Part shown: positions 38,341 through 45,964 of the stretch, piece by piece | Position numbering within the stretch: the stretch's first letter is position 1 | Layout: each line of letters begins with the position of its first letter | Virus record (IMG/VR): IMGVR_UViG_3300005613_000001 | Location: 186,001 to 250,000 of that record | DNA length: 64,000 bases | Strand: one strand, 5' to 3' | The notes under the pieces: model-generated | The model's input: only the letters and a program-made list of their open reading frames with translations | The model's database searches: none | Told to the model about the DNA's origin: nothing | Made by a program: the position numbers and the translations under genes

Positions 38341-38389
38341 ATATTTACCCAGCCATTACATTTTAATTTTATATATGGCTGGATAATAA

Positions 38390-38418
38390 AAAATCCACCA
38401 ATAATTTTGGTGGATTTT
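38390..38418. terminator. Intrinsic terminator hairpin downstream of tmRNA
   Basis: AAAATCCACCA / TGGTGGATTTT inverted repeat flanked by A/T tracts. Confidence 0.75.
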
Positions 38419-38420
38419 AG

Positions 38421-38772
38421 TGGAGAGGATGGGACTCGAACCCATGTCCACGACGAACTCACACAGGGGCATCTACGTGTGTAGTTTATTGTTCATTTTC
38501 TCGCATCATTACACTACAACAAACAAAAGTGTAAATCAACCAGCAACAAATCTTACTTGAGATCGTCGTTGCATGAACTCAAGAGTAGCCAACTTTTATG
38601 GCGAGACTTCAGACTCCGTTAGCTAAGGATTCTTTGTCTCGGGCTGCTTACGCAGCCATTTGAAGCGGAGCTTCGACAAATAAAGTTTTAATCGACTTTT
38701 AAAGTGGCCTGTCGATCAACCACTACACGCCACCCAAGCGCTTGTTTGTGTGTCGAAACCAAATTCCTCCCC
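38421..38772 (-). ncRNA. ssrA: tmRNA (transfer-messenger RNA)
   Basis: 5' GGGGAGG...TTTCGAC; 3' T-arm GGTTCGAGTCCC and CCTCTCCA. The acceptor stem has the G3-U alanine wobble; length 352 nt; internal tag ORF; CCA not encoded. Confidence 0.93.
38648..38677 (-). other. tmRNA tag reading frame, (A)VEAPLQMAA*
   Basis: UA at -5/-4 before GUC resume codon; ends GCT GCG TAA. Confidence 0.75.
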
Positions 38773-38976
38773 TTTTTTAAGGTTCTTTATGTATGCTTCT
38801 GTTTCCTCCTTTGCTGTGCCCATTTTAGCCAGCCAAACCTTCAACCGATCCAGCACTGTAGGATCACGGTCATATTCAGCCGCTATAAACATACGCAAGA
38901 TAACAAATATTTGATTTGAAGTATAGTCTGAACTGTCTTCAAAATCAAATATTTCTTTGGAAGTAGGATGTATCAC
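38716..38976 (-). CDS. Hypothetical protein whose last 19 codons overlap the tmRNA 5' end
   Basis: 4-nt overlap start with the upstream gene; frame continues into ssrA. Confidence 0.5.
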   Translation of the reverse strand: MIHPTSKEIFDFEDSSDYTSNQIFVILRMFIAAEYDRDPTVLDRLKVWLAKMGTAKEETEAYIKNLKKGEEFGFDTQTSAWVACSG

Positions 38977-39215
38977 AGCAACTTTCTTGCTCTCGCAGAC
39001 CTTGCTTTCAAATCTTTTACTGCATCTCCCGGTACAATTTGAGGTTTTGGGGCGGCTCCACCTTCCTGTAATACCAACCCACCATTTGCATCCTTACCTA
39101 CATGGAATGCATGCCCGCCAGGGCCTATTTGTCTGACATTTTCTACGCCCATTTCTTTGAGCCAATCTACAACTTGTTGGTCTGTTTTACCAGCAATATC
39201 ATCCATCTTTTCCAT
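38973..39215 (-). CDS. Hypothetical protein
   Basis: ORF in operon. Confidence 0.5.
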   Translation of the reverse strand: MEKMDDIAGKTDQQVVDWLKEMGVENVRQIGPGGHAFHVGKDANGGLVLQEGGAAPKPQIVPGDAVKDLKARSARARKLL

Positions 39216-39516
39216 CTTTTTTCTCCTCTGATTCGACCAATTTTCTTAATTCATCAAAAGCCTCAGAATCAGGAAATTTTCCCAATCTCATTGTCGGGTG
39301 ACTTCCTACACCATTAAACATATCAGCAAACAACTGCCAATTACCGTCTTCTACTTCTCGTCCCCCCGAGCTATTCCCCCCTTTATCACACCACTCCCAA
39401 TAAAGGCGGTGACCAAATCCACCATCAACTCTTTTTTCTTCAACAAGAATACGCCAACGGGGCAGCAAACAATGCTTCAATAATTGTTCATCGGTCATTT
39501 TATTACTCCCATACAA
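39199..39516 (-). CDS. Hypothetical protein
   Basis: ORF in operon. Confidence 0.55.
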   Translation of the reverse strand: MYGSNKMTDEQLLKHCLLPRWRILVEEKRVDGGFGHRLYWEWCDKGGNSSGGREVEDGNWQLFADMFNGVGSHPTMRLGKFPDSEAFDELRKLVESEEKKDGKDG

Positions 39517-39727
39517 AATCTACTTCAGTGGAAAACTCATCACAGTGAGAACAATAACCACCACACACACCACCTTGACCGCGATGTAGAGTTTTAATCC
39601 CAGAACAATCTCTTCCACACTTCTCACAAACCACCATGAATTTAACATACTCAAGAGATGAATTTTGCACTTCATCTATAATTCTGGCTTTGCCTTTTAC
39701 TAATCTAGCAGCCATTTTAATCACCAT
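39503..39727 (-). CDS. Small zinc-finger protein
   Basis: CEKC...CGGYCSHC. Confidence 0.5.
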   Translation of the reverse strand: MVIKMAARLVKGKARIIDEVQNSSLEYVKFMVVCEKCGRDCSGIKTLHRGQGGVCGGYCSHCDEFSTEVDFVWE

Positions 39728-39946
39728 TGGGCTAGGAAGAAATGAGCCACTTCACCGGCTGAGTGGTGGTCATCCGGGTTATCATCATCATTTGTCACTT
39801 GCCAAATAGTTGCCGTTCGTTGCCGTTACAATAGGGTCAATATCTGTTTTTCTCTCCCATGCTTCAATAGGCGCAAGGACATTGAAAACATTAAAGAGTT
39901 TCAGTTGTTTTACTTCTTGAAACTGTCATGACGACCTACAGCTTGT

Positions 39947-40130
39947 AAAAATTGCGGGCTCTTTTTCAGAACCGTTATTTGAACCCGCTGATAGGAGGGC
40001 AGGCGGCGCGATTGAGTTTGCTTTGCCTACCGCCAGCAGTGCCGCTAAGGACGGTTCTAGCCTACGGAATACTGGCTCCAGTTATGGCGTGCTTCCGCAC
40101 AGACCACACCCACGACAACGACAAGCGTTG
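39947..40130 (-). other. GC-rich multi-stem intergenic segment, candidate structured RNA/attenuator
   Basis: Several inverted repeats and a terminator-like hairpin with a U tract; family not recognised. Confidence 0.35.
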
Positions 40131-40133
40131 CTC

Positions 40134-40601
40134 CTACTTTTCCCTAAGTTTTCTGTAATGTTTCCAGCGATGATCGAACTTATCCCGTAATCGCAAATAT
40201 TCACGGTATTCGGGATCATCTGTCAATTTTTTGAGGCGTTTCTTTACTTCAGCAGGAGTACGACTATTTCCTTTACTGAAGTCTGCTTTTTCTATTACCC
40301 GCCTCAATTTGACTTCAACTTCAACTAAGCCACACCCTTTATGTCCTGGTACGGCTTCGGGATCGGGATAAACGATGGTGCCTAATCTATCGCCACCAAT
40401 TTCGTAATCCCACTCTACTTGCTCCATAAACCCTACTACAATGCCATCCTTGTCCCCCCATAGTGGGGTGTCAAATGTGCCGTCTTCGTGCCTCATGATT
40501 GAGCGGGTCGTCCCCGCGATTGCTAGTGGTCCTATCCTAATCATACCATAGAAAAAAGGAACGTCAACTGGCTTGGGAAATTGTTCATAACAATAATACA
40601 T
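40134..40601 (-). CDS. Hypothetical protein
   Basis: Probable start ATG 40601; the ORF-track extension overlaps pspC antisense. Confidence 0.55.
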   Translation of the reverse strand: MYYCYEQFPKPVDVPFFYGMIRIGPLAIAGTTRSIMRHEDGTFDTPLWGDKDGIVVGFMEQVEWDYEIGGDRLGTIVYPDPEAVPGHKGCGLVEVEVKLRRVIEKADFSKGNSRTPAEVKKRLKKLTDDPEYREYLRLRDKFDHRWKHYRKLREK

Positions 40602-40626
40602 AACAGTATCACAGGAGGATACTATT

Positions 40627-41025
40627 ATGTATAGAGACAAAGAAAATGCCATTATCGGCGGTGTTTGTGCTGGATTAGCGAATGCAGTTGGAATGCCAAT
40701 CTTAGTTATGAGATTGATCTTCCTTATTGCGATTTTGTGGGTGGGCGTTTCCATTTGGATTTACCCAATTTTATGGTTACTAATGCCCGTAGCAAAAGAC
40801 AAAAAGGAATTCCTTGATGGTTTAAAGCAATTGAAACTTGACAAGGAAAACAGAGTGCTTGCCGGTGTGTGCGCCGGAATTGCCAACATGATGGGGCTAC
40901 CGCATATTGTAGTCCGGTTGGCGTGGATAATCTTCAGCTTGTGGTTCGGTTTCGGTATTATTGCTTATTTAATCATGTGGATGCTAATGGCTTGTAATAC
41001 AAAAGACGAAAAAGCAGAAGAATAA
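40627..41025 (+). CDS. pspC: Tandem PspC-domain membrane protein
   Basis: Two repeats of R/KDKENxxxxGVCAGxA...RL + TM helix; GGAGG RBS. Confidence 0.85.
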   Translation: MYRDKENAIIGGVCAGLANAVGMPILVMRLIFLIAILWVGVSIWIYPILWLLMPVAKDKKEFLDGLKQLKLDKENRVLAGVCAGIANMMGLPHIVVRLAWIIFSLWFGFGIIAYLIMWMLMACNTKDEKAEE

Positions 41026-41076
41026 TTAAATATAAAGGCTAGATAAAGTAATAAAACAAGCTAGAGGTATCAGATT

Positions 41077-42096
41077 ATGGCTTATGCATCATTTCAAGAT
41101 TATTTAGAAGTTAAGAAAAATTGCAAATGCAAAATGGCTGTTGAGAAACCGCCCGTTGAAGAAGTGCCCGATTATCACGGTGACACTAATAAAGCAGGTG
41201 AAGAGGGTAAAGAAAAACGAAAAGGCATCAAAAATCACCAAGTTCAAGAACGTGCCCGCACGTTTCAAGAATACCTAAATGCTAAAGGTAGCATGCAGGA
41301 TAAGCCTGGAAGTGGCATGGGTGATGACCATTTCACCGATGAAAAAGCACCCCCAAAGGGTTCAATTCCTCCAGCCAATGTAAGTGGCGGAAAGCCTCAC
41401 CCTTATAAAGCCGCATCTATGTCCACTGGGGACAAAGCCTTTGGCGATATGGGTGTTGATCCACCGTATGAGCCAAAAACTGATACCTCTAAGCTTGAAA
41501 CTAAGCCTACTATGCCCAAAAGTGAAAAGGGTGTTCCACAAGCCGAATCATTGATTTCCAACAAAAGTCTAATTTCTGTTACCCAACTAATGTCGGAACT
41601 AAATGATAAAGTTGTGGATTATGATATCCCCTCCATTACCGTTGGTAGGGACAAATTTCATCCGAACCCCTTGGAAGCCGTAGAATATGTCGCATATCTC
41701 GTAGGTGAAAATAGAAACCTACTCGATGTATTCCTCAGAATTCTTAAAAAAAGAGGCGTTAAATTAATGGAAGCCATCGCCCCGCCTATCGGATTTGAAG
41801 GCGATGAAACCGAAGCTGAAGTTCTTAAAAAAAAGAAACCCGACTTAGGGGACTTTGAGGACGAAGAAGAAGAAACGCCAGCAGAAGATGAATTTGGGGC
41901 GGAAGATGAGGAAGATCCTGACGATGGGTTTGGAGCAGGTGACGAAGAAGATGAATTTGGTGGCGAAGAAGAAGCCCCCGAAGATGAAATGGGACCGCCC
42001 GAGATGGAACGCCCAAGGCGACATAAAAATCGCAAAAGAGGGTTCGGACCAGAAATAGAAGGCCCCGGAATGGGTGCTGGACCAGAAATGGCGTAA
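41077..42096 (+). CDS. Low-complexity acidic protein with a capsid-targeting-like N-terminus
   Basis: MAYASFQDYLE start, internal RTFQEYL, D/E-rich tail; TAAATA 41027-41032 and TAGATA 41040-41045. Confidence 0.6.
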   Translation: MAYASFQDYLEVKKNCKCKMAVEKPPVEEVPDYHGDTNKAGEEGKEKRKGIKNHQVQERARTFQEYLNAKGSMQDKPGSGMGDDHFTDEKAPPKGSIPPANVSGGKPHPYKAASMSTGDKAFGDMGVDPPYEPKTDTSKLETKPTMPKSEKGVPQAESLISNKSLISVTQLMSELNDKVVDYDIPSITVGRDKFHPNPLEAVEYVAYLVGENRNLLDVFLRILKKRGVKLMEAIAPPIGFEGDETEAEVLKKKKPDLGDFEDEEEETPAEDEFGAEDEEDPDDGFGAGDEEDEFGGEEEAPEDEMGPPEMERPRRHKNRKRGFGPEIEGPGMGAGPEMA

Positions 42097-42113
42097 CATT
42101 GCTTAATTAGGAT

Positions 42114-43244
42114 ATGAAGGTACTAGTATCAGGCTGCTTCGATCTAATCCACAGCGGCCATATCCAATTTCTTAAAGAAGCCGCTGAATACGGCGATCTA
42201 TATGTCTCCATTGGATCAGATCAAACAATCCAAGAACTAAAAAATAGAACTCCCATCTATAACGAGCAAGAACGCCTCTTTATTATGGAGTCTATCAAAT
42301 ATATTAAAAAAGCTTTTATCGCTCAGGGGTCTGGGACACTAGATTTCTTAAACGAATTAAAACAATTAAAGCCAGGGGCGTTTGTGGTCAATTCTGATGG
42401 TCATTCCCAAGAAAAGGAAGACCTGTGCAAAGAGCTAAAAATTAAATATATTGTCCTCAATCGGTCCCCCTACAAAACTCTTCCCGCTCGCAGTACATCA
42501 AAATTGCTTGGCGAAATAGAAATGCCCTATCGTATTGATTTGGCAGGAGGCTGGCTGGATCAACCGTGGGTTTCCAATATGGGGCACGGGCCTGTTATCA
42601 CCATCTCATTAGAAGCCTCACATATTTTCTTTAGAAGAAGCGGAATGGCTACCTCCACCAGAGAAAAAGCCATTAAATTATGGGGCTCTGGGATTCCTTA
42701 TGGTGACTACGAAGAAAATGCAAAACTCCTATTTTCTTATGATAATTTCCCCGATAAAGAGTTTGTTTCTGGTTCTCAAGATACATTGGGAATTGTCATG
42801 CCAGGAGTTAATAAATTAGACTATTCCGGTAAGTATTGGCCGGAAGCTATAGAGTCTATTGTAGATGATGACACTGCGCGTTGGTTAGAAGACCACATTC
42901 GCTTAGTCCCCTTATATCCAAGACCAAAAGACTATTCTGTGCTGTCCAATACCAATATTAAAGAAGAATATGTTAGAGGTTTAGCCTTCAATGCCCACAA
43001 AGTTTGGAAAGCAATTGAATTAAAACATGCCAGCATGTTAGGGCTACACGTAGAAAAGTGTTTCGGTGCCCAAGTGGCTATGTTCCCCAATATGATAACT
43101 CATAGAATAGCCAAAATAATCAAAAAATACAGAAATAAAATATTGGGAGTTAAAATATCAGGGGCGGGTGGGGGCGGATATCTAATCTTCATCACCGATC
43201 AAGATATAGAAAATTCAATTAAAATTAAAGTGAGAACTCAATAA
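42114..43244 (+). CDS. Cytidylyltransferase-like nucleotidyltransferase fused to a GHMP sugar kinase (HddA-like)
   Basis: SGCFDLIHSGH (HIGH motif); RIDLAGGWLD, RSGMATS, SGSQD, KISGAGGGG. Confidence 0.85.
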   Translation: MKVLVSGCFDLIHSGHIQFLKEAAEYGDLYVSIGSDQTIQELKNRTPIYNEQERLFIMESIKYIKKAFIAQGSGTLDFLNELKQLKPGAFVVNSDGHSQEKEDLCKELKIKYIVLNRSPYKTLPARSTSKLLGEIEMPYRIDLAGGWLDQPWVSNMGHGPVITISLEASHIFFRRSGMATSTREKAIKLWGSGIPYGDYEENAKLLFSYDNFPDKEFVSGSQDTLGIVMPGVNKLDYSGKYWPEAIESIVDDDTARWLEDHIRLVPLYPRPKDYSVLSNTNIKEEYVRGLAFNAHKVWKAIELKHASMLGLHVEKCFGAQVAMFPNMITHRIAKIIKKYRNKILGVKISGAGGGGYLIFITDQDIENSIKIKVRTQ

Positions 43245-43708
43245 ATCACTGCCGTAGCGTAAGAAAGCTCTACTTTACACCCATAATCCATCAACTTAAG
43301 CTGCCACAGTCTAGCCACATCTAAACTATCAAAATCCCTAATCCGATCTCTTCCTTGTACGGTCCAATACTGAACATGGAAATCAAACCCTACAGATGAC
43401 ATTTGCGTTTCAAACCCCATCTCCTTCATTATATGATTGAAAGACCTTGCATTAGCCTCAAAATCAGTATGTGGGTCACGCTCAAACCGCCTCGTTATTT
43501 TATATCCATTAGTATTGTATTTTAATGTATATGTTGGTGCGGGAGGTTCTGGTTTAGCTTCAGGTAGAGATGCTTTTGGACATGGAACGGGAACAACGGG
43601 ACGTGTAGGTTTTTCGCGGCGGGAACATGAAATTAATATTATGGGAACACCTATAACAATTGACAGTATTAAAATATTAATGAATCGCATTTTCAACCTC
43701 ACAACCAT
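43238..43708 (-). CDS. Membrane-anchored protein, paralog of the next gene, SPOR-like repeats
   Basis: N-terminal TM helix; two F-x(4-6)-A-x-x-(F/W)-x(6)-G units. Confidence 0.5.
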   Translation of the reverse strand: MVVRLKMRFINILILSIVIGVPIILISCSRREKPTRPVVPVPCPKASLPEAKPEPPAPTYTLKYNTNGYKITRRFERDPHTDFEANARSFNHIMKEMGFETQMSSVGFDFHVQYWTVQGRDRIRDFDSLDVARLWQLKLMDYGCKVELSYATAVIY

Positions 43709-44150
43709 ATTCTGTTAATTTAAGCATCCACAAATCTGCTGTTTCTTTGTCGGTGAATTCCCGCCTCTGTTTATTTGCCCAATATACTACAGCCCACATA
43801 TGTATTGTGGTTCCATCATGAAAAAGATTAGCCATATCATTAGGGTTATAGGGCAATTCGTAAGTCAAAGGATATGGCGGCTTGTTTTTGTGAATTTCTG
43901 TTTTAAAACCAAAATCATGCAACACTTTACAGAAATTATCAGCACTGCCTTGGGTATCAAATCTCTTAATCTTCTTCTCACAACTGTATTCTAAAACAAC
44001 CTTAGGTTTAACAGTAGGAGAAATAGAATTAAAAGGAGGCGTCGGTTGTAAATCCATTACGCGGGCGGTACGCGGGAATAGCCAAACCCCTAGAATAACA
44101 CCTAAAAGGGTTCCAACAATCGCACAAAGAACTAAACGTTTATCCACCAT
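43677..44150 (-). CDS. Membrane-anchored protein, paralog of the previous gene
   Basis: Shared pattern REFTDKETADLWMLKLTEYGCEVE vs RDFDSLDVARLWQLKLMDYGCKVE. Confidence 0.5.
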   Translation of the reverse strand: MVDKRLVLCAIVGTLLGVILGVWLFPRTARVMDLQPTPPFNSISPTVKPKVVLEYSCEKKIKRFDTQGSADNFCKVLHDFGFKTEIHKNKPPYPLTYELPYNPNDMANLFHDGTTIHMWAVVYWANKQRREFTDKETADLWMLKLTEYGCEVENAIH

Positions 44151-44153
44151 ACT

Positions 44154-45539
44154 TTATATATCCTCAATGGGCACAGGATCAATATTATTAAACCTTAACT
44201 TCATTGAGCGACCGCCCCTTGATTCACTAAGGAAACGCGAGAAAAGAAGATCGTGCTTAATGGGATCAACGTCGGTAATACCCAAACAATAACAGGTCAA
44301 TGCCCCTACGGCTGATCCTCTTCCGGGGCCAACTGCCTCTGATCCATCTCCCCAGCCTAGTAATCTAGGGAAGGCAATTCTAGCCTCATCTGTCATCTGT
44401 TTTTGCATTAAGAAGTAAGTAGAGAATCCTTTTCGGCATATCAATTCATATTCTTCCTTAATCCGATTTAAATACCTATTTTCCGTGGGCAACCTTCTAG
44501 CTTTAACTCCCTCTATGATTACCTCTTTGAACATTTCATCAGCATCAGGAAACTGGGGAAGTTTAATACTACGGTCTAATTGTACGCCTTTTGCTTTCTC
44601 GCATATTACAACCGTATTTTGTTTAGCTTGTCTAAAGAGATCGTCAGGGATTACTTGGCTATACTTCTTGAGCCACATTTGGTTGAGTTCATCTTCTGAC
44701 TTCATCCAAAGGTTAGTATCCTGTAGTTCAAAGAAATCCGCATCAGGATTGGCTCTCATTTTCTCTTCAATTTCAGCCATTGTTGTGTTGGTTTGAAGCA
44801 TCAACATCAATCGCTGCATCAAAGCATCTTCTTCACGGCAATAGTGACAATCATTTGTGACAACGAGAGGAATGCCATACCTGTCGTGTGCTTTAATAAT
44901 AAATTTATCAAAAGGTGTTTGTTTGTCAAAATCCAAAAGCATCATTTCCAAGTAAAAATTATCTGGAAACATCTGCTGATATTTTTCAACCATTGCAAAT
45001 CCAGCTTCATCCCCACCCTCGCAATGAAAGCCATCAAATGCTTGTCCTATCTCGCCATTATAACAGCCTGACGAGAATACGATTCCCTCTTTGTATTTCA
45101 GTAATTGCTCATGATTCACACGGGGTCGCTTTGGACGACCGCCCTGACCATTAATCCAAGCCCAAGAACTTAAATTAACCAGATTTGCGTATCCAATCTC
45201 ATTATAAGCTATAGCTAATAAATGGAAGCTTTTACGAAGATAAAGCTTTTCATTCTCAGTGAGGTTAGATTGGAAATCAGCATACTCATCCTTATTCCTT
45301 ACACCGGGTTGCATTGGGTTGAGATATAATTCACATGCGAAAACAGGATGAATGTCGTGTTTTTCACAAGTCTTAATCTGACGGGGGATAACCCCCATTT
45401 GCCCGTGGTCCGATATACAAAGAAACTTCTGATTTACCTGCTGAGAGTATTCTGCGTACTCTTCAGGGTGAGCGTAGCCATCAAGAAGTGAGAAGTGGCT
45501 ATGGCGGTGAAGGTGCTCAAAACCCACAATATCAATCAC
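44154..45539 (-). CDS. dnaE: DNA polymerase III alpha (DnaE), N-terminal PHP-domain polypeptide of a split enzyme
   Basis: HLHRHSHFSLLDG, SDHG, ACELY, NDCHY, GPGRGSAVG, LGITDVDP, LFSRFL; ends before the PDxDxDF motif. Confidence 0.92.
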   Translation of the reverse strand: MIDIVGFEHLHRHSHFSLLDGYAHPEEYAEYSQQVNQKFLCISDHGQMGVIPRQIKTCEKHDIHPVFACELYLNPMQPGVRNKDEYADFQSNLTENEKLYLRKSFHLLAIAYNEIGYANLVNLSSWAWINGQGGRPKRPRVNHEQLLKYKEGIVFSSGCYNGEIGQAFDGFHCEGGDEAGFAMVEKYQQMFPDNFYLEMMLLDFDKQTPFDKFIIKAHDRYGIPLVVTNDCHYCREEDALMQRLMLMLQTNTTMAEIEEKMRANPDADFFELQDTNLWMKSEDELNQMWLKKYSQVIPDDLFRQAKQNTVVICEKAKGVQLDRSIKLPQFPDADEMFKEVIIEGVKARRLPTENRYLNRIKEEYELICRKGFSTYFLMQKQMTDEARIAFPRLLGWGDGSEAVGPGRGSAVGALTCYCLGITDVDPIKHDLLFSRFLSESRGGRSMKLRFNNIDPVPIEDI

Positions 45540-45605
45540 AAATACTATCCTTTATTTAACATAACACTAACCTAATGTCCAGCATGTCAAAATCTACATA
45601 CCACT

Positions 45606-45899
45606 ATGAAAGAAAAATGGTGGCATTCAATTTGGAAATGGTGGGTACTCATTCACTCAGCGGACATCATGACTACGGAAGGTATGTTGGATGTAATCAA
45701 CCACATGGAAGAACAACCTCATGCGGAAGAAGAACAACCTCATTTAGTTTCAGATTTAGCAGCCGTTTCTGCTGACTTCTTCCACTCTTCAAAGGCCGCG
45801 ACTATCTTTCTAGCCTCATCATCCATAGTTTTTAGTTCTTTATTAAATGCTTCAAACTTAGCCTTGAATTCATCCTTCATGGCTTTCTTTTTAGTGTGA
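45606..45899 (+). CDS. Possible small Trp-rich protein overlapping the opposite-strand gene
   Basis: TACATA box 5 nt before the ATG; last 160 nt antisense to 45740-45964. Confidence 0.3.
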   Translation: MKEKWWHSIWKWWVLIHSADIMTTEGMLDVINHMEEQPHAEEEQPHLVSDLAAVSADFFHSSKAATIFLASSSIVFSSLLNASNLALNSSFMAFFLV

Positions 45900-45964
45900 A
45901 TTTCAGCTATCTTCTGCGAAAATTCTACGTACTTGTCTGATAGGAAAATATCAATGTCTGACAT
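45740..45964 (-). CDS. Small coiled-coil protein
   Basis: Abuts the clpP stop; K/E-rich helix. Confidence 0.6.
   Translation of the reverse strand: MSDIDIFLSDKYVEFSQKIAEIHTKKKAMKDEFKAKFEAFNKELKTMDDEARKIVAAFEEWKKSAETAAKSETK

Noticed and set aside
38421-38460. Ordinary tRNA gene
   Set aside because: The T-arm and acceptor strand pair with a 5' end about 350 nt away and there is no anticodon arm, so it is tmRNA; no other tRNA was recognised
39727-39946. Frameshifted pseudogene between 39727 and the structured segment
   Set aside because: Two short protein-like frames exist but lack a start, RBS or any recognisable homology
39969-40057. Group II intron domain V (GAACCG...ACGGTTC)
   Set aside because: Arms are 75 nt apart rather than forming a ~34-nt hairpin; no RT and no interrupted gene
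26130-45539. Split intein joining the two dnaE halves
   Set aside because: No Cys-initiated N-intein at the end of the PHP half and no His-Asn-Cys/Ser C-intein at the start of the catalytic half; the extra sequence resembles DnaE itself
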